A stretch of 64,000 nucleotides of DNA from a virus (taxonomy: Duplodnaviria > Caudoviricetes), in IMG/VR virus record IMGVR_UViG_3300021399_000130, positions 26,592 to 90,591 of that record. One strand, 5' to 3'. Made by a program: the position numbers and the translations under genes. Each line of letters starts with the position of its first letter. The stretch's first letter is position 1. The notes beneath the pieces are model-generated. The model searched no databases and was not told the DNA's origin. It was given only the letters and a program-made list of their open reading frames with translations. Below are positions 54,317-61,104 of the stretch, piece by piece.

Positions 54317-55912
54317 TTAGCAATTTAGGACTCTGTTCATGAGGTCAATTGTGTCGAGGAGGTCCTGAGACTTGTAAGCCGGAGCTTTACTCTCTGTTAC
54401 GACAGTCTTTTCGGTTACCTTTCCCTCATCAACCGTGGTCTTCTTTGCAAGTTCCTTTGAAATTGACTCATAAAGTGCCTGCGCCTGCTTTGGCGTTTTT
54501 GCCTCGTTGGAGAAGCGTTCGACGATTTGTAACTTTTCAGCCTGGGTAGTTGTGCTTTCAAGGAAGAGCTTGGTAATCTTACCGAGATTTACATTTGTCA
54601 TGTAAGCTTCTTTAAGACCCTTGTGGAGTTCCTTAACAGCCTCGTTAAGTTTCTTGTTCTTTGCCTTGAGCTTCTTAACTGCTTCTGCAAGTTCATCTCC
54701 CTTGTAGTCACCGTTAGCGGACATAACCTTTGACCTGCTGTGGATTGTGTCGCCCTTACCGTCTCTGCCATAGTGGTGATTTACGGACTTGTTTGTCTTA
54801 GCGACATTCTGTGAAGATACGCTATTTGCGCCTTCATCAACCTTCTTCTCAAAAGGCATACCGTCTTCGGTTTCAACCTCTGCTACACCAGTGTCATTAA
54901 GACCGGCTGCAAAGTATTTGTCGTCAAGTTGTGTAAGGTTCTCATTGACTGATTTGTCAAATGGGTCACCCTTCTTTTCAGTGCCCTTTCCAGCCCAAGG
55001 CTTCTCGGTACCGGTAGGAACACCCTTGTGCCAGGAACGACCAGATTTTGAAGGCTCGGAATTGCTCAGGCCGTCAATCGGGTCCTTGTCCTGATAGTTG
55101 TCAGTGTATCCGAGGTCAATCTCGAACAATGTTTCTTCATTTTTCATTTCATCTAGATTTACTTCATTATCTTCGCCGTCAATTTCCTCGGCTAATTGTT
55201 CCGCCTCTCCGTCTTCCATTGCAGGTTCTGCCTCGGCACCAGCCTCGTCAGTTCCTAAATCAATGATATACTCAGCGCCAGTTCCATTGTCCTGTAAGCT
55301 TACTTTGTTACCTTCCTTCTTGACGACAACCTGGTCATCATCGGAAAGAGCTCTATAAACCTTCAAAACATTCTGGATGTCTTGCTCGCCCGTGAGGTCT
55401 AAAGTATCTTCATCGCCTGCCTGGTACTGTGCCATAAAGTCGTCCTGTCCTTCTACGCCTTCACCTTCTGCCGGAGCCTGCTGTGCGTCCTGCTGAGCCA
55501 TAGCCGGGTCCTGTGCCTGTGCGTTCATAGCGGGGTCCTGTGCCTGTGCGTTCATAGCGGGGTCCTGTGCGGCTGCTCCGTCTTCGGCTGGGACTTGTTC
55601 GTCCTCGCCTACCTCGTCAAGCTCGCCAGAATCCTTTTTCTCTGACTTCTTGTCATCCTTACCTTCGGCGTCTTTCTTTTCACATTTACATTCATCGCCA
55701 CATTTACCACATTTAGGGCAACATTCTTTATCGTCGTCGAGAATTTCCATATCGTCATCGTCGTCATCTTCGATTGACTCACGGAGTGCGTTCTTAACGG
55801 CCTCAGAAAGCATGGCTTTGATGGTATTCTTACTCTCTTCCTTAATGGCGCTCTTAATTTTGTCCATTTCCAATAAGGCTTGAGATGATATGCTTTTCTT
55901 ATTTACGCTCAT
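54317..55912 (-). CDS. Prohead scaffold/core protein (gp22-like position)
   Basis: Acidic low-complexity protein between protease and MCP; C-terminal coiled coil N.NL..ITKLF.E.....EK..I.ERF; multiple xxE sites. Confidence 0.75.
   Translation of the reverse strand: MSVNKKSISSQALLEMDKIKSAIKEESKNTIKAMLSEAVKNALRESIEDDDDDDMEILDDDKECCPKCGKCGDECKCEKKDAEGKDDKKSEKKDSGELDEVGEDEQVPAEDGAAAQDPAMNAQAQDPAMNAQAQDPAMAQQDAQQAPAEGEGVEGQDDFMAQYQAGDEDTLDLTGEQDIQNVLKVYRALSDDDQVVVKKEGNKVSLQDNGTGAEYIIDLGTDEAGAEAEPAMEDGEAEQLAEEIDGEDNEVNLDEMKNEETLFEIDLGYTDNYQDKDPIDGLSNSEPSKSGRSWHKGVPTGTEKPWAGKGTEKKGDPFDKSVNENLTQLDDKYFAAGLNDTGVAEVETEDGMPFEKKVDEGANSVSSQNVAKTNKSVNHHYGRDGKGDTIHSRSKVMSANGDYKGDELAEAVKKLKAKNKKLNEAVKELHKGLKEAYMTNVNLGKITKLFLESTTTQAEKLQIVERFSNEAKTPKQAQALYESISKELAKKTTVDEGKVTEKTVVTESKAPAYKSQDLLDTIDLMNRVLNC
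55506..55570. repeat. 27-nt tandem repeat (about 2.4 copies) encoding AQDPAMNAQ
   Basis: GGGTCCTGTGCCTGTGCGTTCATAGCG twice plus a partial copy. Confidence 0.9.
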
Positions 55913-56012
55913 TGTAAATCAGCTTAATTTATTATTTTTAATATAAATATCAGTTTAAACTGAAAAAAAATTATTTTAGTGGGTTTTACACAATAAATAA
56001 CTTATTAAATGG

Positions 56013-56726
56013 TTAATTTTCTAGCCATTTATTAAATTTCTTTAAATTTTCCAGCAATTTTCCCTTTCCGTCATTGTTTTTTGACTCAAGATATTGTTGT
56101 GGAATTTCATCTTCTTTCACAAACCAAGCATTGTGGGTGCTAGGGTCACTAACCACATCAAAGCCAACAAGCTCATAGTCGTCTTCAACCATAAGGACAC
56201 CCATCTTAGATGTAACAGAGCCAAGACCACGGGATGAGAGACCGATTTTAATGCCCTCTAAAAGAAGGTTTGCTGTCTGGTCACCCTCACAAGAAATGAT
56301 TCCGTATTTCCTGAAACCAGGGCTTGTAATGATTTCAACCTTACCGCAAAGTGTATTTCCCTGCCACCAAGTCTCAACGATATTGATTGCGACACGGCTT
56401 AGGTCAATGGTTGATTCGGACGGGTGGTTCAATTCAGCGATAGCCCTCCTCTCCCTGATTTTTTCCTGGTATTTTTCAACCTCTCTCTTAAGGATTGCTT
56501 CCGGATAAATTCTTCCGTTAGCATTTTCAGCACCATACCTTTGGAGCACGGCGTTGAAAATAAGTGGGTGCGGACAAAAGAAATCCCCGTCTTTCCTTGC
56601 GGAGTTGATATCCTCAAAAAGTTTCTTGTTTCCAGCAAGGTCAAGTGAAATATACCCGTCATTCTCAATAAGAAGACCAGTACCTGTTTGTCCTTTCTTT
56701 ATTTCAATAAGTTCTTTTTTGTCCAT
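56013..56726 (-). CDS. Prohead core protease (T4 gp21-like, peptidase S77)
   Basis: N.NGRIYP..IL.REV, ELNHP, GLSSRGLGS (catalytic Ser), FDVVSDPST. Confidence 0.92.
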   Translation of the reverse strand: MDKKELIEIKKGQTGTGLLIENDGYISLDLAGNKKLFEDINSARKDGDFFCPHPLIFNAVLQRYGAENANGRIYPEAILKREVEKYQEKIRERRAIAELNHPSESTIDLSRVAINIVETWWQGNTLCGKVEIITSPGFRKYGIISCEGDQTANLLLEGIKIGLSSRGLGSVTSKMGVLMVEDDYELVGFDVVSDPSTHNAWFVKEDEIPQQYLESKNNDGKGKLLENLKKFNKWLEN

Positions 56727-56732
56727 GTCTTT

Positions 56733-57911
56733 TTAAAATTCTTCCGGATTCATATAGCTGTCCGTTATTATAGTTTTATCGTCCTTTCTTTTTGTCATCT
56801 TATTCATGAAGGACGTTTGTTCCTTATTATTGATTGCCCTTTTTATAAGCTTCTCAGCATACATTTTTCCTTTTTCGGTCTTTGCCATCAATTCAGAAAA
56901 GACATTAAAGAACGCTTCCGGCTTTAATTTTGACAGCACCTGATAAATATATGGCATATCACTCGTGTCAGTGTCTTCAAAATATTCTGTGAAGATATTC
57001 CACATGTATGGACCAATTCTCATCTGCCACGGTTCCGCTTTAAGGTAATCAGCCTTTTTTAATATATAATTTGTACGTTCCATTTCTTTCGGAAGCCCAT
57101 GAGACGAAAAAAGTTCCATAAACCCCCTTATAAGCTCCGAAAGTAGGACCGGGAATATTACACCCTGGGCGCTTATGGTTACAAGTTCATCCGGGGAGCC
57201 ATAACTGACCTTCACCATACCGATTTGTTTCCTGTCCTTATCGGTGATTCCAAGGTCTGAACTATTGAAAATCATATAGTTATTAAGTGCAATCAGTTCC
57301 TTATACATCTGCGGGAGTCTGCTATCAATGTCATAAAGACCTTCGATATAACCCCTTATGTTCTCGGACAGCCTCATTCCAGCACCCATATTCAGTGCAT
57401 TAAGGAAATATCTCTTCATAACCTCGCCGTCAATCCCGTTTAAATCTGACACGTCTTTTATGGAAAAATCAACATCACCGTCAAATGGCTCTACGGGGGA
57501 TATTTCATCGCCGTTCTCTATCTTATTTACCAGTTTGACTTCAATCTTGACGGTTTCATCCGGGACCGAAAACAAATCAATTACATAATTTGTTGCAAGT
57601 TTTTCAAGTGCGTCCTTGTTGAGTGACTCTATCTTCTGGCATTTTAAAAGTAGTTCCTGGAAAGCACCATCCAGGTCCTTCGCCTTTACATCGTCTAATG
57701 AACCGATGTTTTTTAAGGCTTTCTTGGCATCTTCGTATTGTGTCATCAGTGCCCGCTCCATAAACCTTTCTCCGGAGCCACCCATAAACATACGGTTGTT
57801 CCCATATGGCGACTTAACGATTCCGTTCATAATATCCGCCGAAAGAGCGTCCCGCAGAACACTCTCTCTAAGCTGTTTCGCCATACTTTCACTGATGTAC
57901 ATTGTCTTCAT
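56733..57911 (-). CDS. Tagged putative head protein
   Basis: MKTMYISESMAKQLRE|S leader; in the head operon. Confidence 0.7.
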   Translation of the reverse strand: MKTMYISESMAKQLRESVLRDALSADIMNGIVKSPYGNNRMFMGGSGERFMERALMTQYEDAKKALKNIGSLDDVKAKDLDGAFQELLLKCQKIESLNKDALEKLATNYVIDLFSVPDETVKIEVKLVNKIENGDEISPVEPFDGDVDFSIKDVSDLNGIDGEVMKRYFLNALNMGAGMRLSENIRGYIEGLYDIDSRLPQMYKELIALNNYMIFNSSDLGITDKDRKQIGMVKVSYGSPDELVTISAQGVIFPVLLSELIRGFMELFSSHGLPKEMERTNYILKKADYLKAEPWQMRIGPYMWNIFTEYFEDTDTSDMPYIYQVLSKLKPEAFFNVFSELMAKTEKGKMYAEKLIKRAINNKEQTSFMNKMTKRKDDKTIITDSYMNPEEF

Positions 57912-57912
57912 T

Positions 57913-58503
57913 TTATAAACCAAGCCTCTCTAAAAACTCTTCTTCCTTTTCGCTGTTTATGTCATCTTTGCTAAAAATAGAACATATATACTCCGGCAAA
58001 TTAGCGCCATTGCTGAATGCTTCTTTGGCGCCTTCTATTTCTTCCGGGAATATATCTTCAATTGCCATGAATATATCATAGATACGACAGTTGCCAATAC
58101 CCTTTCTTAATCTGTCGGCATTTTCCTGGGTTTCCATGAACATTTCGTTAAGCTGCTTTTTTGAAAAGACTTTGCCCGTCCTCCTCATTTCAAGCATACG
58201 ACCAAGTTCAACCTGACGTTTCGTACCTTCAAACACGGAACCATTGTTAACTGCACCAAAAGTCATCTTGCCGAAATTCTTGATTTGTTGCGGGTTTGTT
58301 GTTGCTGTTGATGCCGCAAATCCGTTTTTCTTTTCTTTGCCCGGAGTAGCATCAGTGATATCTACCGTAACATCTTGCCCAGGACTTTTTGATAGAGCAT
58401 CCTGTGCCACTGTCTGAGCATTACTTGATGTTCCTGTTAAAATCTGGGTAGCATCTTCATTAATTGCTTTCAACTGTGCCGGGCTTATAATCATTCTTTT
58501 CAT
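57913..58503 (-). CDS. Tagged putative head protein
   Basis: MKRMIISPAQLKAINE|D leader; late motif at 58523. Confidence 0.7.
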   Translation of the reverse strand: MKRMIISPAQLKAINEDATQILTGTSSNAQTVAQDALSKSPGQDVTVDITDATPGKEKKNGFAASTATTNPQQIKNFGKMTFGAVNNGSVFEGTKRQVELGRMLEMRRTGKVFSKKQLNEMFMETQENADRLRKGIGNCRIYDIFMAIEDIFPEEIEGAKEAFSNGANLPEYICSIFSKDDINSEKEEEFLERLGL

Positions 58504-58547
58504 TTTCAAAACATTTTACTATTATAAATATCACTTACAACCGCGTT

Positions 58548-59198
58548 TTAATCAAGTGGAGAATCAAATGGAGACTTCTTTCCTGTGTTCTTTTTTACTT
58601 TTTTCTGTTTTCTGTCAGTTTCATCCTCGTCATCTTCCTGTGACCTGAATGTTTCATGAAGTTTCTGCTGAACCTTCTTTAAACGACCCTTTGTGATTTC
58701 CATCATAACACCTTGTCCAGCTTGTCCTGGGGCTGGAGCTGGAGCGGCTGGTTCTTCCATTCCAGGCATTGCTTCCCCGCCAGCATTGGATTCGTCTCGG
58801 TTAAGAAGGCTCTTTGCATAATTCCTGACAGCTTCCTTATCATCGTCACTGAGTTGGTCAATGATTGAGGATGTGCTATCGTCTCCACCTTCGGCTTCAC
58901 CGCCTTCCATTCCCATATCTCCACCTTCCATGCTCGGGTCTCCCTCAGCTGGCATTCCTGCATTCGGGTCTTCTGCTACATTTCCTATACCAGCACCAAT
59001 GTTAGGGTCTGCACCCATTGGGTCTGGTGCTCCTGCGTTTGCCGTCATGTCCGCCTCTGGGACTGGCATTTCGGCTCCTGGGTCAGGTACTGGAGCAGCT
59101 GAAGCATCACCCGCCGGTTGTGGTGCCGGAGATGATGCCTCATTGTTCTTTTTAAGCTTGATAACTTTCTTCTCGTTAAGGGAAGGATTTACTTCACT
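58548..59198 (-). CDS. Pro/Ala/Gly-rich C-terminal extension reached by -1 frameshift from 59189..61018 (or a separate gene from ATG 59069)
   Basis: The -1 frame is open from the A9 run (59198-59206) to the stop at 58548 and is bounded upstream by TAA at the run itself. Confidence 0.6.
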   Translation of the reverse strand, partial: SEVNPSLNEKKVIKLKKNNEASSPAPQPAGDASAAPVPDPGAEMPVPEADMTANAGAPDPMGADPNIGAGIGNVAEDPNAGMPAEGDPSMEGGDMGMEGGEAEGGDDSTSSIIDQLSDDDKEAVRNYAKSLLNRDESNAGGEAMPGMEEPAAPAPAPGQAGQGVMMEITKGRLKKVQQKLHETFRSQEDDEDETDRKQKKVKKNTGKKSPFDSPLD

Positions 59199-61018
59199 TT
59201 TTTTTTATTTTCGTTGATTTGCTTCATCACAGAATCAGTAATCTGTGCTACAAGCTGGTCAAAAGGTGTGCTGTCGCCCTTGCCCTTACCGAAAGGTTCC
59301 TCGCTATGCACACTGTCGTCGTTCCAGTCACGATTGTCCTGGAACTTATCTTCTCCTGTCTGAGGAAGGGTCATAGGTTTCTTGCGGTAGCCAGGGTGGT
59401 CACCGAATACATGAAGCTCGTCCTCATTGAGTATGTCATTTACAACAGATTCAACAATACTGTTCATTTTAACTGTTTTTGCAACATTTTCTCTGAGTGC
59501 CTGGTTGTTTTGACCTATTTGGTCTAAATCAATTCCGTATATCTTTTTAAGAACAACTTCCAGGGGGACGCCAAGATGCTCAGCATAGCTAATAGCACCT
59601 GCGATATCAATATCATCTTCGCCTTTCTCATTATCTTCGTCATCAGGAAGAGATTCGTCAAACTTAGCGTCATTAGCGTCGCGGCCGAATTGGTCAAAAC
59701 AATCTTCTCGGCCACTTTCATCACCAAACATTTCGTTGATAGACTCTCTTACGAGCTGACGGAACTTCTTAACGACATTCTCGTCAAGTTCAATTTCTGG
59801 GTCTTCTTCGTCACCAAGTTCGTCTTCACCTTCAAACTCTGTTCCTTCCTCGTCGCCAAGTTCATTCTCATCACCGAGCTCACTCTCGTCTTCAATTTCA
59901 GCACCTTCCTCGTCGCCGAATTCGTCATCGTCGTCATCGAAATCAAAGTCATCATCACCAAGTTCGTCTTCATCATCAAGACCGAGCTCATCATCGTCAA
60001 GCTCATCTTCATCACCTAGCTCGTCATCATCCTCGAAATCGAATTCATCGTCATCAAGGTCTTCCTCGTCACCAACTTCATCATCACCGAGTTCATCACC
60101 TTCTTCATTGTCGCTGAGTTCGGGTTCGTCTTCGCCATCAAGTTCGGCCTCGCCTTCACCTTCACCATCAAGTTCATCAGTGTCGATAGGTTTGTCTTCG
60201 CTTTCTGCGCCAAGCTCGTCTTCTTCTTTACAGCCTTCGCCCATTGCGCCAGGAACAATGGAACCACATTCGCCCATTGACTCATTGACGCGTGCGACTT
60301 TACCACCATTAGGCTTTTCGGATGCTACGGAACCATCAACCTTAGGGGTCTTACCACCGTCAAGGTCATAGTCCTCTACATCGTTTGAATCAGGACCAAA
60401 AGTAGCGCTATGCTTCTTAGGGTCGCCGCCATCAAACTTAATAGCTCCACGGTCTTCCTCTGGTTTGCCTTCCTTGGTAAAAGGATAATCCTTGTCACCA
60501 GAGTTATCATGCTCAGATTCTGGCTGGCTCTTGAAAGGAGTTGAGCCAATTTCGGTAGCCTCATTCATAATGACACAAGCGTTACGCATAATCTGGCGCT
60601 GACGTGCAAGTTCATTCTTCATCTTTTCGGTTCCCTCGATTACAAGGTCTTCCTTCTTGAATGGGTCGAGAGCCTCTACATTAACCCTGCGGTCCTCATC
60701 ATAAGCCTCGTTGATTGAACCGAGCTTAAGTTCAAACTGCTTAAGGGCGTTAGCGTAGCTGTTATACTCGTAATTGGACTTGTTTGTGATACCGCCAATA
60801 TACTGATAATCCTCTGCAATCATCTCCTTTCCGGGAGTTGCAACCTTTACAAAATATTTGCTGTTCTCACGGATAATACCATAGTACTTTCCGTCAGCAG
60901 CCTTTGCTTTATACTCAATGTTATAAGAGCTGATATGCTTTGCGTCCTCATTAACGGTTCCATAAGTCATAAGAGCCTTCATGCGAGACAACTGGTCATT
61001 AAAACTAGACATTTTCAA
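59189..61018 (-). CDS. Acidic head core/scaffold-associated protein
   Basis: 609 aa with a long D/E-rich tract and many xNE sites; ends AAT AAA AAA AAA GTG AAG TAA; late motif at 61074. Confidence 0.8.
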   Translation of the reverse strand: MKMSSFNDQLSRMKALMTYGTVNEDAKHISSYNIEYKAKAADGKYYGIIRENSKYFVKVATPGKEMIAEDYQYIGGITNKSNYEYNSYANALKQFELKLGSINEAYDEDRRVNVEALDPFKKEDLVIEGTEKMKNELARQRQIMRNACVIMNEATEIGSTPFKSQPESEHDNSGDKDYPFTKEGKPEEDRGAIKFDGGDPKKHSATFGPDSNDVEDYDLDGGKTPKVDGSVASEKPNGGKVARVNESMGECGSIVPGAMGEGCKEEDELGAESEDKPIDTDELDGEGEGEAELDGEDEPELSDNEEGDELGDDEVGDEEDLDDDEFDFEDDDELGDEDELDDDELGLDDEDELGDDDFDFDDDDDEFGDEEGAEIEDESELGDENELGDEEGTEFEGEDELGDEEDPEIELDENVVKKFRQLVRESINEMFGDESGREDCFDQFGRDANDAKFDESLPDDEDNEKGEDDIDIAGAISYAEHLGVPLEVVLKKIYGIDLDQIGQNNQALRENVAKTVKMNSIVESVVNDILNEDELHVFGDHPGYRKKPMTLPQTGEDKFQDNRDWNDDSVHSEEPFGKGKGDSTPFDQLVAQITDSVMKQINENKKKVK

Positions 61019-61104
61019 TGTATCTTTTTACAATTATTTTCTTTATGGTTCTTTATATACCAATAGTTTTTCTTATAAATATCTCACAAATGTAAAAAAA
61101 TTAT

